A DNA stretch of 64,000 nucleotides from an uncultured delta proteobacterium. Its GTDB lineage: Bacteria > Desulfobacterota > Binatia > Binatales > Binataceae. The translations under genes were made by a program, and so were the position numbers. Every line of letters begins with the position of its first letter. Within the stretch, counting starts at the first letter, position 1. Below the pieces are notes generated by a model. That model saw nothing but the letters and a program-made list of their open reading frames with translations. It ran no database searches and was not told the DNA's origin. This document shows, piece by piece, positions 39,357-49,663 of this stretch. The stretch lies in contig CAVXXK010000003.1 in assembly GCA_963765675.1 (NCBI GenBank), forward strand, positions 288,001 to 352,000. Reading direction: 5' to 3'.

Positions 39357-41459
39357 GTGAAAGCGGGCGACAACTTCTTTAACTTCTACAATCATGATTT
39401 CGTGCGCGTCGCGGTCGGAATTCCGGCGGTGCGCGTTGCCGACCCGGCGTTCAATGCCGCCCAGACGATCGCGCTGATGCGCGAGGGCGCCGAGCGGCGC
39501 GCATTGGCCGTGCTGTTCCCGGAACTCGGACTCACCGCCTATAGCTGCGACGATCTGTTCCAGCAGCGCGCGGTGCTCGACGCAGCCGAGGATGCGCTGC
39601 GCACGATCCTTGACGCCTCACGCACGCTGAATCTCGTCGCTGTCGTCGGGATGCCGGTGCGGGCGGACAATTCGCTGTTCAACTGCGCGATCGCGGTTTC
39701 TCGCGGACGCATCCTGGCCGTGATTCCGAAAACCTATCCGCCAAATTACCGCGAGTTTTACGAGCTCAGGCAATTCGCGCCGGCCGCCTCCGCGCTCAGC
39801 ACCGAAATCGATCTTGCCGGCCAATCCGGCGTTCTCTTCGGCACGCGGATCCTGCTGCGCTGCGAAGAGCAGCCGTGGCTCGTGATACACGCGGAAATCT
39901 GCGAGGACCTGTGGACGCCGATCGCTCCGTCGGCGCATGCGGCGCTCGCTGGCGCGACCGTGATGCTGAATCTTTCCGCGTCGAACATCACTGTCAGCAA
40001 GGCCGACTACCGCCGCGAGCTCGTCGCAAGCCAATCAGCGCGATGCGTCGGCGCATATCTCTACTCGGCTGCCGGACCCGGCGAATCGACCACGGACCTC
40101 GCATGGGACGGGCACGCGATCATCTGCGAGAACGGCACGATGCTGGCCGAGTCGCAACGCTTCAGCGACACGCCGCAACTGGTCTGCGCCGAGATCGATC
40201 TGGAACGCCTGACGCAGGAACGGATGCGCCAGACCAGCTTTGGCGATTGCGCGCGAGTCGAGCGCGCCGCGGGTTTCCGCTCGGTCGGATTCTCGCTGGA
40301 GATTCCGCGCCGCCAGCGGATGCTGCTCGAGCGCGGCTACGAACGCTTTCCGTACGTGCCGTCAGATCCGGCGGGCCGCGACAATCGCTGCGCAGAGGTT
40401 TACGAGATTCAGGTCCAGGGACTTGCCAACCGGTTGCGCTATGCGGGAATCGAGCGCGTCGTGATCGGAGTCTCCGGCGGACTCGATTCCACTCACGCGC
40501 TGCTGGTATGCGCGCAGGTGATGGATCGCCTGCATCTTCCGCGGCGCAATATCCTTGCCTACACGATGCCGGGTTTTGCGACCAGCGCGCGAACTCTCGC
40601 GCAGGCGCGCGCCCTGATGACGGCGCTCGGATGCACCGCCGGCGAAATCGACATCCGGCCGAGCGCGCAGCAGATGCTCTCCGACATCGGGCATCCGTTT
40701 GCCAAGGGCCTGCAAATCTTCGACGTCACCTTCGAAAATGTTCAGGCCGGCGAACGCACCAGCCACCTTTTCCGGCTGGCCAATCTCAACTCCGCGCTCG
40801 TGGTCGGCACCGGAGACTTGAGCGAGCTCGCGCTCGGATGGTGCACCTATGGCGTCGGCGACCATATGTCGCATTACGCCGTGAACGCGAGCGTGCCCAA
40901 GACGCTGATGCAGTACGTGGTGCGATGGGTCGCCGAGACCGGACGGCTCGGTCCCGACGCGAGCGCAACGCTGCTCGAAATTCTTTCGACTCCGATTAGT
41001 CCCGAGCTGATTCCGGGACGCTCGGCCGACGGCGATCCGGAGCAACGCACCGAAGCGATCATCGGACCGTACGAATTGCAGGATTTCAATCTCTACTACA
41101 CGCTGCGGTTCGGCTACGCGCCGCCCAAGATCGCGTTCCTGGCGTATTCGGCGTGGCGCGACCGCGCGCTGGGCCGCTGGCCCGCGGTGCCCGAGAACGC
41201 GCGCAACCAGTATCCGATCGGAAAAATAAAGTCTTACTTGAAGATTTTTCTGACGCGGTTTTTTGCGCAGAGCCAGTTCAAGCGCTCGTGTATTCCGAAC
41301 GCGCCCAAGGTCGGCTCGGGCGGCTCGCTCTCTCCGCGCGGCGATTGGCGCGCTCCTTCCGACAGCGGCGCGGAGGCGTGGCTCGCGGCGCTGGAGCTGG
41401 TTCCAGGCAGCGACATTGTCGCCGCGCCCAAGCGTCGCTCACGAGGCAGCCGACGGTGA
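39357..41459 (+). CDS. nadE: Glutamine-dependent NAD+ synthetase
   Basis: Nitrilase domain (FPEL, PK, EFYE, EICEDLW) plus synthetase SGGLDST, ENVQA and QFKRS. Confidence 0.96.
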   Translation: MKAGDNFFNFYNHDFVRVAVGIPAVRVADPAFNAAQTIALMREGAERRALAVLFPELGLTAYSCDDLFQQRAVLDAAEDALRTILDASRTLNLVAVVGMPVRADNSLFNCAIAVSRGRILAVIPKTYPPNYREFYELRQFAPAASALSTEIDLAGQSGVLFGTRILLRCEEQPWLVIHAEICEDLWTPIAPSAHAALAGATVMLNLSASNITVSKADYRRELVASQSARCVGAYLYSAAGPGESTTDLAWDGHAIICENGTMLAESQRFSDTPQLVCAEIDLERLTQERMRQTSFGDCARVERAAGFRSVGFSLEIPRRQRMLLERGYERFPYVPSDPAGRDNRCAEVYEIQVQGLANRLRYAGIERVVIGVSGGLDSTHALLVCAQVMDRLHLPRRNILAYTMPGFATSARTLAQARALMTALGCTAGEIDIRPSAQQMLSDIGHPFAKGLQIFDVTFENVQAGERTSHLFRLANLNSALVVGTGDLSELALGWCTYGVGDHMSHYAVNASVPKTLMQYVVRWVAETGRLGPDASATLLEILSTPISPELIPGRSADGDPEQRTEAIIGPYELQDFNLYYTLRFGYAPPKIAFLAYSAWRDRALGRWPAVPENARNQYPIGKIKSYLKIFLTRFFAQSQFKRSCIPNAPKVGSGGSLSPRGDWRAPSDSGAEAWLAALELVPGSDIVAAPKRRSRGSRR

Positions 41460-42746
41460 GATCTCTTCGAGCGTCATCCCGCGGGTTTCCGGAATCCAGC
41501 CCATCACCACGATAACGCCGATCAGCGGTCCGACCGCGAAAACTGCCGCCGCATTGCCGAGGCCGCCCATCGGATCGGCCAAAAGGCCGACGATCACCGG
41601 CGACAAAGCCCAGCCGAATTGCCCGAACACCTGAACCGTCAGCGAATATCCTGCCGCGCGAATTTCGGTGGGAAACAATTCGGCCGACAGCGCGCTGGTC
41701 GCGGTGCGCGCCGCCTGATACGTGAACATCGTTGCGACAAATCCGAACATCAGTCCGCGGAAGCTCGCCGAATGGAACAGCAGCGCCATCGCAAGTCCCG
41801 CGCAGACGTAGAAAAAGCTGGTGGTGATGCGCCGCCCGATCCGATCGATCGCCCACCCCGCGAGCAAGCTGCCGACGCTGCCCATCAGGTAAGCGATGAT
41901 GACGGCGACTCCGACCTGCGCGGCTGACCAGTTGTGCTCGCGCCGCGCGTAGAGGCTGAAGAACGTGATCGTCGGTCCGCCGATGAATCCGATGCTGTTC
42001 CAAAGAATCGCGACCACGATCAGTCGCGAGCGGTAGGGGCCCGCGATCTCGCGGATCGATTCCCTGATCTTTGACCACAGATGACCGCGCTCGATCCCCT
42101 CGCGGATTCGCGCCGCCGTCAGTGCGCGGAACCGCATTGTCTCGCGCAGGCCGCGGCGCAGAAAGATTGTCAGAAGAAGAGGCGCGATACCGATGAAATA
42201 CATTCCGCGCCAACCCCATTTCGACGGTGCGACGTATCCGTAGAGACCACCTGCGGCGGCCACACCCAGGAACGCGACCGTCAGAAGGCCGGCAATCGCG
42301 CGGCCGCGTTCGTCGTCGGGAAACTCCTCGCTGATCATCGTGACCGCAACCCCAAACTCGGCCGCGAGGAACAATTGCGCGACGGTCTGGAAGATCGTGA
42401 ACGTGACCATACCGCGCGAGATCGCGGTCATAAGAGTAAAGACCGCGTAGAAAAAAACCGACAGCGCCACGATCGGCTTGCGTCCGTAAAGGTCGGCGCT
42501 CGCAACCAGCAGGAATGAAACCAATCCGCCCAGGCGCACGATGGTGGCGACCAATCCGATCGACGCGTCCGACATCGCGAAAGTTCGCATGATGTCGGGC
42601 GTGCACAAGTGGAAAATCGTGATGTCGTAGCCCTCGAAGATCGTCGCCGACATCAACAGGCCGAACAGCAGCGGCAGGTAGCTGCGCGGCGGATGGAGCG
42701 CATCAGCCACCAGGGCGGCAGCGGGAGGTTCGGTAGCGCGGTCCAT
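41439..42746 (-). CDS. MFS transporter (aromatic acid/sugar type)
   Basis: [27 protein letters not shown] and PETRG motifs. Confidence 0.92.
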   Translation of the reverse strand: MDRATEPPAAALVADALHPPRSYLPLLFGLLMSATIFEGYDITIFHLCTPDIMRTFAMSDASIGLVATIVRLGGLVSFLLVASADLYGRKPIVALSVFFYAVFTLMTAISRGMVTFTIFQTVAQLFLAAEFGVAVTMISEEFPDDERGRAIAGLLTVAFLGVAAAGGLYGYVAPSKWGWRGMYFIGIAPLLLTIFLRRGLRETMRFRALTAARIREGIERGHLWSKIRESIREIAGPYRSRLIVVAILWNSIGFIGGPTITFFSLYARREHNWSAAQVGVAVIIAYLMGSVGSLLAGWAIDRIGRRITTSFFYVCAGLAMALLFHSASFRGLMFGFVATMFTYQAARTATSALSAELFPTEIRAAGYSLTVQVFGQFGWALSPVIVGLLADPMGGLGNAAAVFAVGPLIGVIVVMGWIPETRGMTLEEISPSAAS

Positions 42747-42804
42747 CGTAGGCTATCCGCATGCGCGCGGAGCCGTGCGCATGTAAAGCTCTGTAAAGGT
42801 TTCA

Positions 42805-43032
42805 GATCGAGCGCGGCTCGGCAAGTAAGGCAGGCGCGGCCGGTTGAGTTTCGCCGGTGGGAACGCGCTGGTGGGAGAAACCAGAGAAATGGTCGGCGCG
42901 AGGCACTGGCACGAATTCGTTGTCGAGGGGAAACGCGACGCCGCCCGTGCAGGTCAACGCGCCGACCAAACCTGGATCGTCCGCCCAAGCGGCGCGTTCT
43001 GGGATACCATTAGAGCAAGAGCCGCGCCGATC
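42805..43032 (+). ncRNA. Candidate rod-like structured element, unassigned
   Basis: Nested inverted repeats GCGCGGCTC/GAGCCGCGC, GAACGCG/CGCGTTC, CCAG/CTGG, TGGTCGGCGCG/CGCGCCGACCA and GCACG/CGTGC. Confidence 0.3.
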
Positions 43033-43286
43033 GCGGCGCCATCTTTGGTGAAACAGGCGGCGCGGAATAATTCGGTTTTCATCGCGATAGATGGCAAGAA
43101 ATTGACAGTTTGTAGCATCGCGACGGACTTCAGTTGCAGCGCTGCACCTGACTCTTCTTACCGACATCGCGTCGGTATGACCGCGCGCCGAGGGCGGTCA
43201 GCCCCCTCGACGCACGGAAATCGATGCGCTAGAGCCAGACGGCAGGTACAGGCATTACGCCAGAATCTCGCGCAGGAGGAATCACG

Positions 43287-44522
43287 ATGAGCGGACAGAT
43301 GATCACCATCGAGGCGCACGACGGCGGCCGGTATTCCGGCTATCTGGCTCTGCCACCCGGCGGGCGTGGACCGGGACTGCTGGTCTTCCAGGAAATTTTT
43401 GGCGTCAACGCGCATATCCGCACGACCGTCGAGCGCTGGGCCGCCGAGGGTTACGTGGCCCTTGCGCCGGACATCTTCTGGCGCGTCGAGCCGGGACTCG
43501 ATCTCGACTACACGCAGGAGGGGATGCAGAAGGGGCGCAGCGTGCGGCAGAAGCTCGACCTCGAGCTGGTGATGACGGATATCGCGACCAGCCTTGCGGC
43601 GCTGCGCGCGCAGCCGGAGTGCGTCGGCAAAGTTGGCGCAGTTGGTTACTGCTTCGGCGGGCTGCTCGCATACCTGACCGCCGCGCGGACCGATATCGAC
43701 GTGGCAATTTCGTATTACGGCGGCGGCGTCGAGCAGCGCGCGAGCGAGGCCAAATCGATTCGATGTCCGATAATGTTCCATTGGGGCGAAAAGGACGGCG
43801 CGATTCCCGCGTCCGCGCGCGAGGCGGTGCGCGCCGCGCTGGCCGGTCATGACGACGCGGAATTCTACGTCTATCGCGACGCGCAGCACGGCTTTAACTG
43901 CGACCTGCGCGCGTCGTTTCATCCGTTCGCGTCGCAGCTCGCGCGCTCGCGCTCGATCGGACTTCTTCGCCGCACGCTTGGTCCGCGCCTTGATTTGTCC
44001 GCACTGTGGGATCGGCATTGCGACCTGGAATTCTCCACTCGCGACGCCGACGCGACGATGGCCACGATGACGCCCGAGCCGTACGTGAATCATATCCCGA
44101 CGCTGACCGGCGGCTACGGCTACCGCGATCTGCATCGCTTCTACAAATACCACTTCATCCCGACCCTGCCCGAGGACACCAAGGTCGTGCCGCTGGCGAG
44201 GACGATAGGACCGGATCGCATCGTCGATGAATTGCTATTGTGCTTCACGCACACCAAGGAAATCGATTTCCTGCTGCCGGGCGTCAAGCCGACCGGCAAG
44301 TATGCCGAGGTTCCGACTGTCGCAGTCGTCGAGTTTCGCGGCGACAAGCTTTATAACGAGCATATCTATTGGGATCAGGCGTCGGCGCTGCGGCAGATCG
44401 GCGCGCTCGAAACCAATGGACTTCCGATTTCCGGAATCGAACAAGCAAAAAAATTGAGCGGCGCCGATGTCCCTTCCAATGCGATGATGCCGTCGTGGAA
44501 GAGCAGCGCCGACAAGGAATAG
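43287..44522 (+). CDS. Dienelactone hydrolase fused to a SnoaL/NTF2-like domain
   Basis: QEIFGVN, GYCFGG, HGF; C-terminal PYVNHIPT...EHIYWDQAS. Confidence 0.9.
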   Translation: MSGQMITIEAHDGGRYSGYLALPPGGRGPGLLVFQEIFGVNAHIRTTVERWAAEGYVALAPDIFWRVEPGLDLDYTQEGMQKGRSVRQKLDLELVMTDIATSLAALRAQPECVGKVGAVGYCFGGLLAYLTAARTDIDVAISYYGGGVEQRASEAKSIRCPIMFHWGEKDGAIPASAREAVRAALAGHDDAEFYVYRDAQHGFNCDLRASFHPFASQLARSRSIGLLRRTLGPRLDLSALWDRHCDLEFSTRDADATMATMTPEPYVNHIPTLTGGYGYRDLHRFYKYHFIPTLPEDTKVVPLARTIGPDRIVDELLLCFTHTKEIDFLLPGVKPTGKYAEVPTVAVVEFRGDKLYNEHIYWDQASALRQIGALETNGLPISGIEQAKKLSGADVPSNAMMPSWKSSADKE

Positions 44523-44555
44523 CTACGCGGCCGGCGCTCCGCTAACATCGCGCGA

Positions 44556-45140
44556 GTGGATATCAAACGAGTTTGCGTTTACTGCGCGTCGAGCCGCCGC
44601 TGCGACCCCGCGTATCACGAGGACGCCAGGCGCCTGGGAGGCATCCTGGCCCGCGAAGGAATTGCGCTGGTCTTTGGCGGCGGCAGAAACGGGTCGATGG
44701 GCGCGATCGCCGAAGGTGCGCTGGCGCAAGGCGGCCGCGTGATCGGCGTGATCCCGCAATTCATGGACGAGCTCGAATGGGCGCATCGCGGCCTCACGGA
44801 ACTGATACTCGTGCGCGACATGCACGAGCGCAAACGCCTGATGATCGCCGAGGTCGATGCGGTCGTGGCGTTGCCCGGAGGATGCGGCACCTTCGAAGAG
44901 CTCGTGGAAGCAATCGCGTGGAAGCGGCTGGGACTGTACAACGGCCCGATCGTGATCGTGAATACCAATGACTATTATCGTCCGCTGATTGAAATGCTCG
45001 AGCGGGCGGTGCACGAGCGCTTCATGGACGAGCGTCATCGCGCAATCTGGAGCGTGGTCAACGATCCGGAGCAGGTGCTCGACGCGATCCGCAATGCGCC
45101 TGCGTGGTCGAATGACAACCGCCAATTCGCGGTCCCGTGA
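44556..45140 (+). CDS. LOG family nucleotide phosphoribohydrolase (TIGR00730)
   Basis: VYCASS, MHERK and LPGGCGTFEE motifs. Confidence 0.92.
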   Translation: MDIKRVCVYCASSRRCDPAYHEDARRLGGILAREGIALVFGGGRNGSMGAIAEGALAQGGRVIGVIPQFMDELEWAHRGLTELILVRDMHERKRLMIAEVDAVVALPGGCGTFEELVEAIAWKRLGLYNGPIVIVNTNDYYRPLIEMLERAVHERFMDERHRAIWSVVNDPEQVLDAIRNAPAWSNDNRQFAVP

Positions 45141-45172
45141 TCGAGCAGACCGAATAGTAACTTGCTATTGCG

Positions 45173-45514
45173 CTAGGCGCGCAGCAGGAAGTCGCTCAGA
45201 TCCATCGCGAAGGTGCCGTCGGTCAGACTCATGGACTTGGGCGAACGCTTGAGCTGCAGCTTCTCGAGGTCCTGGTCGCGCGGCAGGATATAAATGATAT
45301 CGCCCGAAGAGAGTGAGAGCAGGCGCACGCGCTCGTCGCCGCGGCGTTCTGTCCCGGCGACTTCGTACGGGCTTACGTGATAGCCGAATCCCCGCGCGCG
45401 CATCGTGTAGTCGTCAACTTCCTCGACCACGCCGACGAAGATTCGGGTGTTGTCGTCGCGGAACAGGCGTTTGTCCACCAGCACTATGCGGTCGCCTTCG
45501 CGTATCGTCGGCAT
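45173..45514 (-). CDS. Small hypothetical beta-rich protein
   Basis: 113-aa ORF with host codon usage and GGAG RBS; no motif recognised. Confidence 0.7.
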   Translation of the reverse strand: MPTIREGDRIVLVDKRLFRDDNTRIFVGVVEEVDDYTMRARGFGYHVSPYEVAGTERRGDERVRLLSLSSGDIIYILPRDQDLEKLQLKRSPKSMSLTDGTFAMDLSDFLLRA

Positions 45515-45595
45515 CGTAGAATTCTCCCTCGGCCCTGCCCTGCTCATCGCTCGACACCGATCTTACACCCGCCGCGGTGCGAAAACGATGCGGGT

Positions 45596-45647
45596 GCGGG
45601 AATATGACGGACTTGATGCGGGGAGCACTCGGCCGTCATATTCCCGC
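45596..45647. terminator. Perfect 15-bp inverted repeat after the TPR-PIN gene (terminator or processing hairpin)
   Basis: GCGGGAATATGACGG - 22 nt - CCGTCATATTCCCGC; no U-tract. Confidence 0.5.
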
Positions 45648-45666
45648 CCCGTCGCGTGGCGCCCCC

Positions 45667-48600
45667 TCAGGCGCTCGCATGCACTTCGGCTGCGCTGGCA
45701 GCCTGGCTCTGCGCTGACTCCTCTCGCGCCGCCGACGACGCCATCCATCCGCGGATGACGTCGCTCAACTCGCGCGCGCGTATCAAATCAAGTCCGAAGC
45801 GAATCGGCAGCGAGCGCGGCAGCGCCTCGATCGAATCGCGTCCGCGCGGACGGCTGGCAATCCGATCGATGAGCCGCGTGGTGAAGGTCCGGCGCGCCCC
45901 GCGCAGGTTCGGGTCGTTGTAAATCTTGACGATCAGCTCGGCCGCAAGCCGCATCGCATCGGCAAGACTGATCGACGGGCTGCCAAACTGGTCGAGCGCC
46001 TGCCGCAGCGGGAATTGATCCGGATTCCACATCGCAACCGCGCCCGCGCGCAGGATCATGTCGATCGTCGGAGTGCTGAATGAATAACCCCATCCCGAAA
46101 GTTTGGTGTTGGTAGTGGCGAGTTCGGCCGCATCGAGGCATCCGGCGCGCACGCGCGCCTGCAATGCCGACGAGGTCCAAACTCTACGCACGCCGAATTC
46201 CGACTTCGCCATCGCGCCCAGAATTCGGTCGTCGGACCACAGCACATGCCCCGGCATCGCGGCGATGACCACGCTCTCGGCGCCGTGGCGGCCGAGCAGC
46301 TTGATCAGACGCTCGCGCCGATCGGCGTCGATCGCGGCAAGCGCCGAACCGTCGCGCACGCGGCATACCGACTGGATACTGTCGGCAAGCGCCTTGAGCT
46401 GAACGTCGGCGCGCAGTTTGCTGTCGTGTCCATTGGAGCTGAGCGAAGTCGAAAATCCCGGAGGCAGGCGCAGAAGGGTGTCTTCGAACTGCAGCCTGCG
46501 CAAGTCCGCGAGCGTGGCTTGCGAGACCACGAACTGGCGCGGCCACGTCGCGAGAAGGTTCAGTCGTCCGAGCATGCACAGCGTTGCGATTGCAGTCAGA
46601 TCGATCACGACCGCGTTGGCGCGATCGAAAAAGCCCAGCGCTTCATCGAGCTCCGCCGGCGTGCCGAGGCAGCACTTGATCGACGCGTCCGGACGCTGCG
46701 CCAGCACGAACATCGTCTGCAAATCGTTGACGCCCATCCGCTCCGCGATCGCGTGAACCGGAATTGGATTGTTCAGGTACACGCGCTCGATCGAAGCGAG
46801 CAGCTCGTCGCGCCTGCCCGCGGACGGAAGCAGCGTCTCGAGTGCCTCAGGCAGAGCGGCCCAGTCAACCACCTCGGGCGCGACCGGCTCCATCTTGATC
46901 TCCGGTTCTCCGGGAAAGCGTTTGGCCCATCCCGAGGCGCAATCCTGGAAACGCCAGGCGTACTTGCTGATGATCTGTTTGACCACTCCGGTCTTGCGGC
47001 TGAAGCGGCCTTCGGGAAGCTGGAACTTGTCGCCGACGCGTTTGCCCTTGAGCGCTTTCGCCATCGGCGAGTTCGGTCCGTATTCCTCGACCGATTCGTC
47101 GGGATCGTTCGCGTCTTCGAGCACCAGCCATTTATCAGCGTTGGTGTCCTGCTCGACGAAGCAGACCGCGGCGCCGTTGGAGGCGGTATCAAAATCCGCG
47201 ATATGCGGCATCGGCCCGATCGGTCCGAGCGCCGCAAGATACGCGCGATGCGCCTCGATGTCGTTCGGATGACGCCGGAGCAGATCGTAAGCGTAGGTCA
47301 GCGATTCGCTGGCGCGTCCGCCCTCGCGCATGATCCGGACCGCTTCGCGTCCGAGTGCAACCGGAACGCTGCGCGCGGGAGGCATCGCGGTCGGATCGGC
47401 GATTACCAGCTCGTGGCGTCCGATGCGGTCGGCGGCAATCGAGCGGCGCAGGCGCATCACCGCGTCCTCAGGATGCTGCGCCAGATACTGCTGGATCATT
47501 TCGATCGCGGCTTCCGGATCGGATTGCTCCAGATGCTCGAGACTGGCTTCCGCCGATTCATCGGAGGCGCTCGCCTCTGCCGCGCCGCCGCGAGCCGCCG
47601 CGGTGATGATATCGGTGCGGCCCAGGCGTGAGGCGCATTCGACCAGGCGGCGGCTGTCGCCCGCGTGATCGCTCGCCGCAAGCGTTTGCCACAGCGGCAG
47701 CGCGTCGCGATAGCGGCCAAGGTCGTGCAGCAAAGCGGCGAGCTTGCGCCGATCGTCGGATGACGTATCGGCTTGATGCGCCGCAAGCGCCTCGTCAGCG
47801 AGTTTCGAAGCTTGATCGAACTTGCCCTGCGCCAGGCGCAGATTGGCGCGCAGGATCAACAGTGCGAGCGGCGCGATTGCGCCCTCGGGCAGCGCCGACA
47901 GCATCGCGTCCGCCTCGTGCCAACGCTCCAGGCGCCCCAGCACGTCGGCAGCCGCGGAAACCGCGAATGGAAAGTCCCCCTTTGGAATCAGGTCCGGCCG
48001 CGCGATCGCGTGCGAGAGCATCTCGGCGGCGACCTGCAAGTCGCCGGGTTCGTCACGCTCGCGCAGCGTGATCGCCAGATCGTATTCGGCGTCGTCGCGT
48101 CCGCCGACCGCTACCGCGCGGCGGAATACCTCGATCGCCTCGTTCAGGTTGCCGCGGCCTCGCAACACGATTCCGTATTCGACCAGGCCGTTGGCATCCT
48201 CGCGTTTGAGGGTATGCGCCTGCTCGATATCCTTGCCCGCGCCATCGGTGTCATGAAGCGCGATCCGTGTCTGCGCGCGGCCGATCAGTCCCTGCACCTC
48301 GTTTTGCGCGGAACCTTCATGCTGCGCAAATTCGATCGCCTGGGTGAAGCAGCCTTCGGCCTCGCGCACGCGCGATTCTTCGCTCGGCGGCGCGGCCGGA
48401 TCGGCTCCGTCAGCGGATTCGGCTGGTACGGGAGCGGATGCGCCCGAACTCAGCTCAGCGAGCAGAATCGATTGGCCCAGGATCAGCCACGGGTCGGACT
48501 GTCCCGCCATTGCCTGCGATGCCGCGCGCGCGTAGCGCTCCGCGCGCATGTAGTCGGCGCCGGAGAGCGCGCGCCGCGCCATCACCATCGCAACTTCGGG

Positions 48601-49560
48601 ATCAGCTCCGAGCTCGGGCGCGACGTTGGTCTCAAGTGCGCCTGCGTCCATCGTCAGCGGCGCGTTGTTGAGCCACAGCGCGAGTGCGCGGCCGCTCGAG
48701 GGGAACTGCATCCGCAGCCTGTCGGCCAAAGCATGCGCGCGGTCGCGTTCGCCCAGAAGCTCGTGCGCGAGAGCCTCGTTGGTGCAGGCCTGCTCGTCTT
48801 CGGGCGCGAGCGATCGCGCCGCGATAAACAGCATCGCGGCTTTGCGCGCCTCACCCTCGCGCAACCACGCGACGCCCAAATTGGTCAACACGCGAAACTT
48901 CTGCGACGGATTAAGTTCGTTCCAGCGCTGCTCGCGCAGCCGCAGCAGCGAGAGCCGCGCCATCTGGAACGAGCGCTGGCTGATAAACTCGGCGGCCGCC
49001 GTGATCTCCGCTTCGAGCGTGTCTGGCGGGGTTCCGTTGGGCTCGGCGATGATCGCGTGGGCGTCGAGCCGCACCAGCGAATCGGCGCGGGTTATAGCCT
49101 GGCGCTTGGCTGCGGAGCCGAACTCGGTCAGAATTTGAGGATACTCGTCGAGCAGCTCCTGGATATCATCCCAGGTGACGACTTCGATCGCGCTTGCGCC
49201 CGAGCCCTTTTGCGCGCGATTGAGATCATAAAGGATGCGCTGCAGGCTGGTGCCGCGCGCTGCGGTGGTCGCGATCACGAAACGGCCGATCGGCAACCCG
49301 AGACTCAGAGCGCGTTCCGCGGCGTCTTTGATTTCATTCGCCGAGAGGGCGCTGTGAACCTCGCGCAGCTCGCATCGGACCGCCGCAAGCCGCGGCCGGC
49401 CGCTGATTTCGAGCAGATGAATTCCGCGCTCGCGGCGCTCGGGGTCGTGCATCCTTTCGATTTGTCCGAGTTGCCAATGGCGCCGCAAAAGCCGCAGACA
49501 GAGCCTTTCAAACTCATCCGCGGTCCTGGGCAGTGGATAGCCAGCACCTGATATAGCCAT
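45667..49560 (-). CDS. Multidomain protein: degenerate REase-like N-terminus + TPR repeats + GreA/GreB C-terminal-like domain + PIN domain
   Basis: DEFERLC...WDDIQELL N-terminus; many TPR helices; NSPMAKALKGKRVGD; VVIDLTAI...LWSDD PIN motifs. Confidence 0.8.
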   Translation of the reverse strand: MAISGAGYPLPRTADEFERLCLRLLRRHWQLGQIERMHDPERRERGIHLLEISGRPRLAAVRCELREVHSALSANEIKDAAERALSLGLPIGRFVIATTAARGTSLQRILYDLNRAQKGSGASAIEVVTWDDIQELLDEYPQILTEFGSAAKRQAITRADSLVRLDAHAIIAEPNGTPPDTLEAEITAAAEFISQRSFQMARLSLLRLREQRWNELNPSQKFRVLTNLGVAWLREGEARKAAMLFIAARSLAPEDEQACTNEALAHELLGERDRAHALADRLRMQFPSSGRALALWLNNAPLTMDAGALETNVAPELGADPEVAMVMARRALSGADYMRAERYARAASQAMAGQSDPWLILGQSILLAELSSGASAPVPAESADGADPAAPPSEESRVREAEGCFTQAIEFAQHEGSAQNEVQGLIGRAQTRIALHDTDGAGKDIEQAHTLKREDANGLVEYGIVLRGRGNLNEAIEVFRRAVAVGGRDDAEYDLAITLRERDEPGDLQVAAEMLSHAIARPDLIPKGDFPFAVSAAADVLGRLERWHEADAMLSALPEGAIAPLALLILRANLRLAQGKFDQASKLADEALAAHQADTSSDDRRKLAALLHDLGRYRDALPLWQTLAASDHAGDSRRLVECASRLGRTDIITAAARGGAAEASASDESAEASLEHLEQSDPEAAIEMIQQYLAQHPEDAVMRLRRSIAADRIGRHELVIADPTAMPPARSVPVALGREAVRIMREGGRASESLTYAYDLLRRHPNDIEAHRAYLAALGPIGPMPHIADFDTASNGAAVCFVEQDTNADKWLVLEDANDPDESVEEYGPNSPMAKALKGKRVGDKFQLPEGRFSRKTGVVKQIISKYAWRFQDCASGWAKRFPGEPEIKMEPVAPEVVDWAALPEALETLLPSAGRRDELLASIERVYLNNPIPVHAIAERMGVNDLQTMFVLAQRPDASIKCCLGTPAELDEALGFFDRANAVVIDLTAIATLCMLGRLNLLATWPRQFVVSQATLADLRRLQFEDTLLRLPPGFSTSLSSNGHDSKLRADVQLKALADSIQSVCRVRDGSALAAIDADRRERLIKLLGRHGAESVVIAAMPGHVLWSDDRILGAMAKSEFGVRRVWTSSALQARVRAGCLDAAELATTNTKLSGWGYSFSTPTIDMILRAGAVAMWNPDQFPLRQALDQFGSPSISLADAMRLAAELIVKIYNDPNLRGARRTFTTRLIDRIASRPRGRDSIEALPRSLPIRFGLDLIRARELSDVIRGWMASSAAREESAQSQAASAAEVHASA

Positions 49561-49663
49561 AGTGTAGGATTAATTAACACAGTGGAGGTCATGGCGAAAG
49601 AGGCGGCGCTAAAGTCCAACTTTCGGCGTCTATGCAGCGCTGATACCATAAGGAGTTTCAGCG

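Noticed and set aside
41439-41459. Convergent overlap of the nadE and MFS 3' ends
   Set aside because: Short convergent overlaps are common and uninformative
42802-43167. 121-aa minus-strand ORF over the rod-like element
   Set aside because: No RBS or motif recognised; cannot be supported, though not excluded
47773-49551. Long antisense ORFs (592 aa here; also 49658-51244, 46246-47631, 59324-60700, 15937-17109)
   Set aside because: Shadow frames of well-supported genes in high-GC DNA with no recognisable motifs
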